DNA of 64,000 nt, from positions 8,260-72,259 of the forward strand of contig JAXGYV010000006.1 of the NCBI GenBank assembly GCA_040772045.1, in the 5' to 3' direction. Numbering within the stretch: the stretch's first letter is position 1; each line of letters begins with the position of its first letter. The stretch is from Thermoleophilia bacterium (GTDB lineage Bacteria; Actinomycetota; Thermoleophilia; UBA2241). The notes under the pieces are model-generated. The model made no database searches. It was not told the DNA's origin and worked only from the letters and a program-made list of their open reading frames with translations. Below are positions 31,361-41,697 of this stretch, one piece after another. The position numbers and the translations under genes were made by a program.

Positions 31361-32071
31361 GTGTTCGTCATTATCGTGGGTGCCGGCAAAGTCGGTCTGA
31401 ACACCGCTCGCAGTCTGGTGCACATGGGCCATGAGGTCGCCGTGATCGAGCAGCGCGCCATGCGCTACAACCTCTTGTTGCCCGAGCTGGAAGAGAAGAT
31501 CATGCTCGGCGACGGTACGGAGATCTACGTGCTCGAGCGCGCGGGCATCGCCCGTGCCGACATGATCGTGGCGGTTACCGGCGACGATGAAGACAACGTG
31601 ATCATCGCCGAGGTCGCCAAACTCAAGTACGGCGTGCCCAAGGTGGTGGCTCGGGTGAACAATCCGCGCAACCAGATCACGTTCGATCTGCTTGGCGTGG
31701 ACGCCACTGTCTGTGCGGCCACGCGGCTGATCTCTCTCATCCAGCATGAGCTGCCGACGCACAAGTACGTGCCTCTCCTCTCTTTCCGTCGCGAGAAGTT
31801 GGAGCTGGTGGAGCTCGAGGTCAGCGATGAGTCGCCGTTTGCCAACCGCACGGTTGAAGACATCCAGTTGCCCGACGGGGTGCTGCTGACCGCCATCCTG
31901 CGTGGGGGCAAGGCCATCCTCGCGCGAGGCCACGAGGCCATCATGTCGGGGGACTACGTGCTCTGTCTGCTGGAGCCCAGCAAGGAGAAGGCGCTCATCA
32001 AGGCCTTCCTGCCGAGTGAGCGGCCCGAGGACGTGCAGTACGAATCGGGCATCGACATGCTCACGGAGTAA
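31361..32071 (+). CDS. TrkA-family potassium uptake protein (RCK-N + RCK-C)
   Basis: IVGAGKVG, GDGT, AVTGDDEDN and ARVNNP; GGGGAGGT RBS. Confidence 0.9.
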   Translation: MFVIIVGAGKVGLNTARSLVHMGHEVAVIEQRAMRYNLLLPELEEKIMLGDGTEIYVLERAGIARADMIVAVTGDDEDNVIIAEVAKLKYGVPKVVARVNNPRNQITFDLLGVDATVCAATRLISLIQHELPTHKYVPLLSFRREKLELVELEVSDESPFANRTVEDIQLPDGVLLTAILRGGKAILARGHEAIMSGDYVLCLLEPSKEKALIKAFLPSERPEDVQYESGIDMLTE

Positions 32072-32150
32072 GTGTGGCTCGCTCGCATGCCGCCCAAGAT
32101 GTGGTGCAACCGGCGGGCCGTACTCTGTTGACGAACGCGAGGGAGTCGGC

Positions 32151-33500
32151 GTGAGGAGCATCGTTGTCGGCGCCGGAGTGCTGGGGTTCAACCTGGCCCG
32201 GCGTCTTTCCCGCGAGAACCACAGTGTAGTGGTCGTGGACCACGACGAGGCCAAGGTACGGCATGCACAGGAGTCACTCGACGTAGGCGTGGTGCATGGG
32301 CAAGGGAGTGGTCCGTCGGTACTGCTGGAGGCTGGTCTCGAGCAAGCGGACATGCTCGTGGCCGTCACCGGCAGCGATGAGACGAACATCGTGGCCTGCC
32401 TAATCGCTCAGACGCTCAACCACGAGGTCGTGCGCATTGCTCGACTGCGCGATCCCGCTTATCTGGGACCACAGGGGATCATCCACAAGGCAGCGCTCGA
32501 CGTACAGCTGGTGATCAGCCCCGAGCAGGAGGTGGCGCACAGCGTGGGTCTGTTGGCCGCCGTGCCGGGAGCGTCCGATGTGCTCGACTTCGTCGGCGGC
32601 CGGGTGAAGGTGGTAGGGGTGCGTATCGATCCGGGCTCCCCGTTGGACGGCAAGCCGATCTCGGCTATCCGCTGGCTAGCCGAGGAGCAGGCCCTGCTCG
32701 CCGGCGTCTACCGGGAGGAGATGGTCTACGCGCCCTCTACGGACATGCGATTGGCGGGCGGAGATACCCTCTTCATGGTGACCACGCAGGAATCCACCCG
32801 GCGTGTGGTCACCAGGCTCGGCAAGCGCTGGGTGCGCACGCGGCACGTGATGATCGCCGGTGGCGGCCGGCGAGGTGTCGCCATCGCCAAGCACTTGAGT
32901 GCCGCGGGTGTGCATACCAGGATCATCGATCCCGACGCAGCGCTCTGCGAGCGACTTGTCGAGGAGGTGGGGGGGAGCGTGGTGTTGTGCGGCGACCCGC
33001 TGGATCAGGACTTATTGCGTGACGAGGGCGCGGGACGCATGGACCTCTTCGTCGGTGCCACGAACGACGAACAGCAGAGCGTGTTCGCCGCGCTGCTTGC
33101 CAAGCACCTGGGCGCCCGCCGTGTGGTCGCGCTGGTGGATACGCCGAACCATGTTCCGTTCGCGCTGCGTATCGGGGTAGATGTTGTGCTCAGTCCCATG
33201 CTCACGGCGCTGGGTCCTCTCTTGCAGTTCGTGCGCCGCGGAGAGGTGGTCTCGGTGAGTACCCTACGCGAAGAGCTGGTAGAAGGCATCGAGTTCATCG
33301 CCTCGGCGGATTCCGAGATCGTCGGGCTGCCGCTGGGTTTGCTCCGTATGCCGCGAGGTTCGCTGGTGGGAGCCATTGTGCGCGACGAGCAGATCATTAT
33401 CCCCGACGGGAACAGCGTGATCCAGCAAGGCGACCGGGTGGTGCTGTTCGCGCGGCCGCAGCTCATCCCACGGCTGCAGCGGCTGGTCGCGCGCACGTAG
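32151..33500 (+). CDS. trkA: Trk system potassium transporter regulatory subunit (tandem RCK)
   Basis: IVVGAGVLG, AVTGSDETNIVAC and a second Rossmann motif IAGGGRRG; two RCK-C domains. Confidence 0.9.
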   Translation: MRSIVVGAGVLGFNLARRLSRENHSVVVVDHDEAKVRHAQESLDVGVVHGQGSGPSVLLEAGLEQADMLVAVTGSDETNIVACLIAQTLNHEVVRIARLRDPAYLGPQGIIHKAALDVQLVISPEQEVAHSVGLLAAVPGASDVLDFVGGRVKVVGVRIDPGSPLDGKPISAIRWLAEEQALLAGVYREEMVYAPSTDMRLAGGDTLFMVTTQESTRRVVTRLGKRWVRTRHVMIAGGGRRGVAIAKHLSAAGVHTRIIDPDAALCERLVEEVGGSVVLCGDPLDQDLLRDEGAGRMDLFVGATNDEQQSVFAALLAKHLGARRVVALVDTPNHVPFALRIGVDVVLSPMLTALGPLLQFVRRGEVVSVSTLREELVEGIEFIASADSEIVGLPLGLLRMPRGSLVGAIVRDEQIIIPDGNSVIQQGDRVVLFARPQLIPRLQRLVART

Positions 33501-33510
33501 GCTGTCGCGA

Positions 33511-35011
33511 GTGGACGCACGCGCAACCGGGGAACGACTGCAGCGTCAAACGTTCCGGCCAGGCGTCACCGCGGCGAGTCGCGTCTGGTTCCTGCTGAGC
33601 AGTTGCTGCTCTGTCTGGCCGGTGTGCTGCTGGTGCCGCTGGCCGTCGCTGTCGTCTACGGCGAGGGGCGCATCGCGGAGGCTTTCTCTCCACGATCTTG
33701 CTCTGCACGATGGTTGGCGTTTCAGGGGTGTTCTTGTTCCGAAGCAGTTCGGGAACCCTGACTCGTCGTGAAGGCTTCGCCGTGGTCGGCATGGGGTGGA
33801 TGCTCATCTGTCTTGCCGGGGCACTCCCCTTCGTCTTCAGTCACACGCTGGGTTTCGTGGACGCGCTGTTCGAGTGCGTCAGTGGCTTCACGGGCGCTGG
33901 CGCCAGCGTGATCCCCGACATCGAGAGCGTATCGCGGGGGATCGTCTTCTGGCGTAGCTTCACCCACTGGCTGGGCGGCATGGGCTTCGTGGTGCTCTAC
34001 ATCGCCGTGTTCCCGCTGCTCGGCGTGGGCGCCATGCAGCTCTACCAGGCCGAGGCGCCGGGGCCGGAGAAAGACAAGGTAACGCCGCGCATTCGCGATA
34101 CCGCTAAGGCGATGTGGCTCATCTATCTGGGCCTCACGAGTGTTCTGGTCATCTTGCTCTTGGTTGGCGGCATGAACCTCTTCGACGCGCTGTGCCACTC
34201 TTTCGGTTCGATCGCCACCGGCGGCTTTTCCACCCGTAACGCAAGCATTGGTGCCTACCAGAGCGCCTACATCGAGTGGGTCATCCTCATCTTCCTCTGC
34301 CTGTCGGCTACCAACTTCACCCTGCACTACTTCGTGCTACGGGGAAGACCGATGCGACTCCTCAGGGACCCCGAATGGCGCTTCTTCACTAGCCTCGTGG
34401 TTGGCGTGAGCCTCATCTGCACGGTCCTGGTGGCGACGCAGCTCCGCGAGCCCTTTTGGGAGGCTCTCCGGCACGGGACCTTTGTCGCCGTGTCGACCAT
34501 TACCACCACCGGGTATGTGACCGCTGACTACGAGGTGTGGCCCTACCTGGCCCAGTTCCTGCTTTTCACTTGCCTGTTCGTTGGGGGATCGGCCGCGTCG
34601 ACAGCGGGTGGCATCAAGATCGTGCGCGTGTTGGTCGCTCTTCGGCACGTCTGGCGGCAGCTCGCCCTTGTGGTTCATCCGCGCATGGTCTCGCCCATCC
34701 GGCTCGGGGAACGGGTGCTCAGCGTGCCCCTCATTCGCGGCGTCCTGGCCTTCATCGGTCTGTATATGGCTGTGTTTGGCATCAGTGCAGCCGGACTGTC
34801 TCTCACGGGGCTAGATTTGCCCACGGCGCTTTCCGCGGTGGTTGCCTGCATGTCGAACGTTGGTCCCGGACTGGCGGACGTTGGCCCTACCGACACCTAC
34901 GCCGCCATTCACCCGGCCGGCAAGCTGCTCCTCTCGTTCTGCATGCTGGCCGGCCGTCTTGAGCTCTACACCGTGCTGCTGCTGTTCACGCCGCGCTTCT
35001 GGCGGAGATAG
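33511..35011 (+). CDS. trkH: TrkH potassium channel subunit, copy 1 (two single-base frameshifts near 33603 and 33686)
   Basis: FWRSFTHWLGGMG, TPRIRDTA, IATGGFS, STITTTGY, GGIK and GRLELY. The N-terminus aligns with copy 2 if two missing bases are restored. Confidence 0.88.
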
Positions 35012-35464
35012 CCGAACATGGGATCCTCCGCGTCGTCATCGGTCGGTTTCCGGCGTTTCCCAGAGCGACGAGAGCGGCCAGTCTGGTTGATTCGCGGTAA
35101 GATACGCGTGTTCTTCGGTGCCCTGCCCTTGAGCGACTTTGTTTCTGCAACCAGAGTGGTTGGCGCGGCGCTTCGTGAATGCACAGGCAGTCGCTCGGGT
35201 GCTCTCTCTCGGCGCCTCGTTACATTCGGCGCACACCGTTGCCTTGGCTCGTGCCGCCGCTGCTCGATCGTGTGACGGGTTGGCTTCGTGGGGTGCTTCG
35301 CATGTCTGCACCGATGTGACGAGTGCGGAGGGCTTTCACTGCGGATGGAGAGCAGGCACAATGCTTTCTGCTCTGGGGAGTCGCGGCTTGGCACTGCCCC
35401 TGTGTCCGGTGGCGCGACTATCGAATCACGGCACCTGTTGGTCGACAGATAGTCTTCGTCGCAC

Positions 35465-36966
<1,502 letters not shown>

Positions 36967-37130
36967 TGCACCGCAGGCACAAGCTCATATGGCTTGCGTG
37001 CTCCGCAGCGTGACCTCATGACACGGTGTAGCCGGGATTTCTGCCCGCTCTGCGTCGGTTGACCCTCCTGGCGGGCGTGTCTAAGATAGCCGGGCTCTTT
37101 CGCGCCCTGTTCGTGGGCGCAGCCACCTGT

Positions 37131-37206
37131 GGCGGGGTAGCTCAGTTGGTAGAGCACATGACTGAAAATCATGGTGTCGACGGTTCAATTCCGCCCCCCG
37201 CCACCA
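37131..37206 (+). tRNA. tRNA-Phe (GAA)
   Basis: Acceptor stem GGCGGGG/CCCCGCC, D arm AGCTCAGTTGGTAGAGC, anticodon arm CATGA-CTGAAAA-TCATG, T loop GTTCAAT and encoded CCA; 76 nt. Confidence 0.97.
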
Positions 37207-37550
37207 CACCAAATTTCCGCAAGACGACGTGCCTTCCGGCGTTCGCCGTGTTTACGAGCTTTCACCACGTGGCGGCTCGGGAGAGGCCGGCGTGAGCATG
37301 AGCGCGGTCCGCGTGGCGCTGGCGGGGGCACAGGTCGCAGTCAGATAGGCGTTCTAAGGCTATCGCGGCGCGCGCTGCACCCCCGTACGGTGAAGCTCCA
37401 GATATGCCGGCTCAAACGCGTGCACAGTATGCGGAGTGTAACGCCGTCGGTGCGGATCTTAGCCGGCATGGTCGAGTAGACTGCAGCGCGAGCGCGGTAG
37501 CGCGGCATGTGCCGGCCAGTGTGGCGAGGGGCCAGAAGGGGTGCGCAAGA

Positions 37551-38927
37551 ATGCTCTTCGAGCGCTTCGAAGCGTCAGGGTTGGCGCACTACTCGTACCT
37601 CGTGGGAGATGGTACCGCGGCGGCGGTGATCGACCCGCGGCGCGATGCCGCTGTTTATCAGCGGGTCGCGCTGCGGAACGGCATGCGCATTACGACTATC
37701 TTGGAGACACATCGCCACGAGGATTTCGTGAGCGGGTCAGTAGAGCTCGCGAGCCGTACGGGGGCTCGCATCTACCACGCCGATGCGCAGCTCGCGTATG
37801 CCTACGGAGAGCCAACGACGGCGGGACAACGGTTCCCGGTTGGCCGTCTCGCCCTTGAAGCTCTTGCCACTCCTGGCCATACACCGGGCTCGGTCGCCTA
37901 TCTGCTGTACGATCCCAAAGGCAGGCTCTGGATGGCGTTTTCTGGAGACACGCTGTTCGCGGGAGATGTGGGCCGGGTGGATCTGGTCGAGGGGGGTGAT
38001 CCCCTGGCCATGGCAGAGCTGCTCTACGACTCTCTCCATCGGCGTCTGCTCCCGCTCGGTGACGAGGTAATCGTCTGTCCCGCTCACGGCGCGGGGTCGG
38101 TGTGCGGAGTGGCGATCGCAGAGCGCATGATCACCACTATTGGACTGGAACGTCGCTTCAACCCGAGGCTCCAGCTTGACCGGAGTGCGTTCCTGCGGGA
38201 GGCGAGTGCGACACATCACCGACCACCGTACTTTCGCCGTGTCGAGTTACTGAACGTTCGCGGCGCACCGCTGCCGCGGTGGTTCCCGCTGCCAGAGATA
38301 CTCTCTTCCGAGCGATTTGCCGCGGCGCTTGCGAACGGTGCGGCAGTACTCGACGTGCGCAGCGAGCTGGCGTTCGGCGCTGCTCATATCCCCGGGGCCA
38401 TCTCCATTGGTCTGTCGCGTGTGTCGCGGTATGTCGGCTCGCTCGTGCCGCTTGAGTCGCCGCTCCTCCTGGTCGGTGAAGGTGATCAGATCGTAGCGGC
38501 CGCGTGCGAGCTCGTTCGACTGGGCTACGATCAAGTGGTGGGCTCGCTCGCTGATGGCATGAGCGCCTGGAGTCAAAGCGGTCGGGCGGTGGCCTCCGTC
38601 GACACTGTGAGCGTCCAGCAGCTCTGCGAGCTGCTGGACGACCGTGGCCCGGTCGCTGTGCTCGATGTGCGTACTACGGGCGAGACCCTCAGTGCTGGCG
38701 AGATCGAGGTGGCTACGCACATCTCTCTCGTCGAGTTACCGGTACGCCTGCAGGAAGTACCGCCGGGACCGCTGTACATCTTCTGCGGGAGCGGTGCTCG
38801 GGCGATGACGGCGGCGAGCGTACTGGCTGCCGCTGGCCGGCGCGATCTGCACGTCGTCCTGGGCGGCGTGACGGCGTGGCGTTCGGTTCGTTGCCCGCTG
38901 CGTTTTCCGGAGAGACCCCGACGCTAG
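37551..38927 (+). CDS. MBL-fold hydrolase with two rhodanese domains (persulfide dioxygenase/sulfurtransferase-like)
   Basis: ETHRHEDFVSG, TPGHT, GDTLFAGDVGR, PAHGAGSVCG, two LDVR motifs, HIPGA and FCGSGARA. Confidence 0.9.
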   Translation: MLFERFEASGLAHYSYLVGDGTAAAVIDPRRDAAVYQRVALRNGMRITTILETHRHEDFVSGSVELASRTGARIYHADAQLAYAYGEPTTAGQRFPVGRLALEALATPGHTPGSVAYLLYDPKGRLWMAFSGDTLFAGDVGRVDLVEGGDPLAMAELLYDSLHRRLLPLGDEVIVCPAHGAGSVCGVAIAERMITTIGLERRFNPRLQLDRSAFLREASATHHRPPYFRRVELLNVRGAPLPRWFPLPEILSSERFAAALANGAAVLDVRSELAFGAAHIPGAISIGLSRVSRYVGSLVPLESPLLLVGEGDQIVAAACELVRLGYDQVVGSLADGMSAWSQSGRAVASVDTVSVQQLCELLDDRGPVAVLDVRTTGETLSAGEIEVATHISLVELPVRLQEVPPGPLYIFCGSGARAMTAASVLAAAGRRDLHVVLGGVTAWRSVRCPLRFPERPRR

Positions 38928-39229
38928 ACGAAGAGGTCTTCGCCTACGAGCTGGCGTACGCGGAGCATGTCGAAGACCTGCGTCACGGCAGGAGTAAGGT
39001 TACGGATGCGCAGCGGAACTCCCCGCTGTTGCATGTCCAGGCAGAGCCTGACGAAGATGCCGGTACCCGACGAATCGACGAACCTGACGCCGCCGAAGTC
39101 CAGGGTGACGCCGGCGGGACCGGCCGCTTCCTGCACCGCCCAGCGAAGCGTCTCGGCGCAATCGAGGTCCATCTCGCCCTGTAGGTATACGACCGGCTCA
39201 GAGTCCTTCTCGATAATGGTATGGAGCAT
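38924..39229 (-). CDS. STAS-domain anti-sigma factor antagonist
   Basis: LQGEMDL, LDFGGVRFVDSSG (phospho-acceptor Ser) and V.QVFDML; GAGAGGA RBS. Confidence 0.92.
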   Translation of the reverse strand: MLHTIIEKDSEPVVYLQGEMDLDCAETLRWAVQEAAGPAGVTLDFGGVRFVDSSGTGIFVRLCLDMQQRGVPLRIRNLTPAVTQVFDMLRVRQLVGEDLFV

Positions 39230-39241
39230 CTGATCCTCTCG

Positions 39242-40051
39242 CTAGGTAGTCTGGTCCAGCAACAGTGTGGTGCCGGATGGGCACGTATGCAAGCTGATGC
39301 GGTCGATGTGCTCGAGGATGATCCTATACCCGTAGCCCATAGATGGCTGCATGCCGGCGGCGGGCTTGTCGTACCAGTTCAAGAAAGTGAGGCCAGGTCC
39401 AGTGTCGGCGACCACTACCCGTGCGGTGTTGGGGAGCTTGATGAGCGAGAGGCTGCCGACTCCTCCGCCGTGGATGAGGGTGTTGGTTGCCGCCTCGCAG
39501 GCGCCGAGGACCACGTGCTCGCGGGAGATCGCGGCGATGCCGAGGGCTTCCAACCCCGTGCTGAGGTGCTTGCGAGCTGCCGCCAGAGTCCCCGGTCCCG
39601 TGATCTCGCGGTAGAGCATCTGTTCGCCGCTCGTGAGCTCGGCGGCGAGCTGTGAGGCATCGAGGAATCGCAGTTTTCCGCAGGCTACTGCCGCCGCGAG
39701 GTCGCTCAGGATCTCGGAGAGGCTGCGGCGGTGGTCTCCGTGTGTTCGACGCCATCCGTTGCTGTGGATGCAAAGGACCTCGCAGTACTCACCGGAGGGG
39801 ATGAGGCACAACTCGTCGATATCACTGCCGGGGGTGGTCCGTACGATGAAGGCGCGGTGGGTCATGGCGTCGTGGGCGCGCGTCGCGATCTCGGCGCGGA
39901 GGCCGGGCGATGGATCGTTGCCCAGGACGGTGCGCAGAGTAGTGGTGCGCGCGTCGTAGCGGAGGACGCGGAGGGTGGCCGGGCGACCATCGTGACCCGC
40001 GACTGGTCCCAGCGGTATCTTGTGTGGCAGTGCGCTCGGGTGTGCTTTCAT
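39242..40051 (-). CDS. Anti-sigma factor-type Ser/Thr kinase (HATPase_c) with an unknown N-terminal domain
   Basis: N-box EAATNTLIHGG, G1 VADTGPG and G2 SMGYGY; start overlaps the upstream stop (ATGA). Confidence 0.82.
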   Translation of the reverse strand: MKAHPSALPHKIPLGPVAGHDGRPATLRVLRYDARTTTLRTVLGNDPSPGLRAEIATRAHDAMTHRAFIVRTTPGSDIDELCLIPSGEYCEVLCIHSNGWRRTHGDHRRSLSEILSDLAAAVACGKLRFLDASQLAAELTSGEQMLYREITGPGTLAAARKHLSTGLEALGIAAISREHVVLGACEAATNTLIHGGGVGSLSLIKLPNTARVVVADTGPGLTFLNWYDKPAAGMQPSMGYGYRIILEHIDRISLHTCPSGTTLLLDQTT

Positions 40052-41697
40052 GTGGTTTCGGAGAGGCGTACGAGGAGGAGTGTGGCGTCGTCGGTCGGCT
40101 CGTTGCCCTCACGGAATATATCGACCGTCCGCCAAGTTTCCTGGAGGATGTCTTCGAGAGATTTGTGTCGTAGCCCGAAAAGGAGCGTGCTCAGCCTCTG
40201 CACGCCGAATTGCTCGCCGTCCGCTCGCCGTGTCTCGGTTATTCCATCGGTGAACAGCGCGAGTACGTCGCCGGGCGCTGCCGCCACAGTATCCTCGGGG
40301 AAGTCGAGGTTGGGCCGCACGCCCAGCATGGGCCCTTGTGATGCTATGTGGCGGACTCCGGTCGCGTTCAGATGGAGCACGGGGTTGTGCCCGGCATTGG
40401 CCAGGGTGAGCGTACCGCGTACGGGATCGTAGAGGAGATAGACGGCGGTGAGGAAGTACGGCAGCTGCTGTCCCTCGAGGTCGCGGGCCAGTGAGTCGTT
40501 GACCTGGTGGAGGATCTCTCCCGGTCGTCCACCGGGTGCGGCCGCTTCGTGAACAACCGAGCGCGCCATGGCCATGATCAGCGCGGCCGCCAGACCCTTG
40601 CCCATCACGTCGCCGCAGACAATGCCCAGGCGGCCGTCACGGTAGGGGACGAAGTCGAAGTAGTCGCCGCCCATCTCACTCAGGAAGGCGATTCGATGGG
40701 CGATCTCGAGCCCTGCTACCTGTGGCGTTGTTTGGGGAAGCAGATCGATCTGGATGCGGCGCGCGCGCTCGATCTCCGCCGCCACCCTGCGCTGTGCGGT
40801 GCGCAGCTCATCATGGAGCTGTTCGGACGCCGCGAGCTCCTGGCGGAAGCTGGCGAGCTCCACTTTGTGCGAGGCTCGCTCGCGCGCGCGTGTTACGTAA
40901 ATGTCATAGGAGTAGTAGATGAGGAACAACGGTGGCAGGCCGAGCAGCAGTCCCGGCAGTCCGAGTTGCAAGTACAGCCATGCCACGAGGAGGGCGAGCG
41001 AGGCGCCTGTCAGGTAACTCGTGATGCCCCACTGGTAGTTGGTGCGCCATACATTTGCTGGTCGCTCGCCCGTAGAGAGACTGATCACTGTTGCCAGTAC
41101 GGTGGTGGTGATCAGGAAATCGAGGCCCGCGTACGCGTACGCGGGCAACACGATGGTGCTGAATGCGTCGCCTTGCCCGACGAGTACCTCGTATACGTGG
41201 CCTGCCAGAAAAGTGGCGAGTACGAAGTTGCCGATGTTCAGCGTGACCTTCAATGGGTCGCGGGTGAGCCACAGCGCGCCGCCGCCCGACACCGCGGCCA
41301 CGAGCATGGCGGGCCAGATGCCGAAGACGATCAGGGTGGCCAGCGTGGGCACAAAGGAGAGCGTGATCACGCCCACGCCGGGAAGCCGTACCTCGCGCAG
41401 GTCGGCCACGGTAGCCATGGCCATGAATCCGAGGACGGCGAGCGGGAATGGTTCGCTCCACGCGCTGCCGGCGATCACCAGGCAGGCGATGGCGGTCAGG
41501 CCCACCAGACAGACGAAGACGGGGACGGCCGCGCGATGTCGCGTGGCCGTCCCCGTCTGTTCCGCGGTGTGGGTTGCGGCTACTGCCCCTGGAGCAGCGT
41601 GGTCCAGCGATATCGGGTCCACCGATACCTGGTCCACCTGTACCTCGTCCAGCGATACCTCGTCCACCGATACCTGGTCCACTTGTACTCGTTCCAA
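40048..41697 (-). CDS. Multi-TM membrane sensor fused to a SpoIIE/PP2C phosphatase (start uncertain, 41505-41697)
   Basis: About 7 hydrophobic helices, a coiled coil, ARRIQIDLLP, GGDYFDF, GDVMGKG, NAGH, FTDGITE and DDATLL. Confidence 0.9.
   Translation of the reverse strand: MERVQVDQVSVDEVSLDEVQVDQVSVDPISLDHAAPGAVAATHTAEQTGTATRHRAAVPVFVCLVGLTAIACLVIAGSAWSEPFPLAVLGFMAMATVADLREVRLPGVGVITLSFVPTLATLIVFGIWPAMLVAAVSGGGALWLTRDPLKVTLNIGNFVLATFLAGHVYEVLVGQGDAFSTIVLPAYAYAGLDFLITTTVLATVISLSTGERPANVWRTNYQWGITSYLTGASLALLVAWLYLQLGLPGLLLGLPPLFLIYYSYDIYVTRARERASHKVELASFRQELAASEQLHDELRTAQRRVAAEIERARRIQIDLLPQTTPQVAGLEIAHRIAFLSEMGGDYFDFVPYRDGRLGIVCGDVMGKGLAAALIMAMARSVVHEAAAPGGRPGEILHQVNDSLARDLEGQQLPYFLTAVYLLYDPVRGTLTLANAGHNPVLHLNATGVRHIASQGPMLGVRPNLDFPEDTVAAAPGDVLALFTDGITETRRADGEQFGVQRLSTLLFGLRHKSLEDILQETWRTVDIFREGNEPTDDATLLLVRLSETT

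Noticed and set aside
35012-35464. Spacer between the trkH copies (and the leaders at 25731-26069 and 28210-28784) as a c-di-AMP or Na+ riboswitch
   Set aside because: I could not find the ydaO or other known aptamer consensus blocks by eye. An Infernal scan would settle it.
37131-37206. tRNA-Phe as the integration site of an island carrying the protease module
   Set aside because: No integrase, no duplicated tRNA 3' end and no obvious composition shift were seen.
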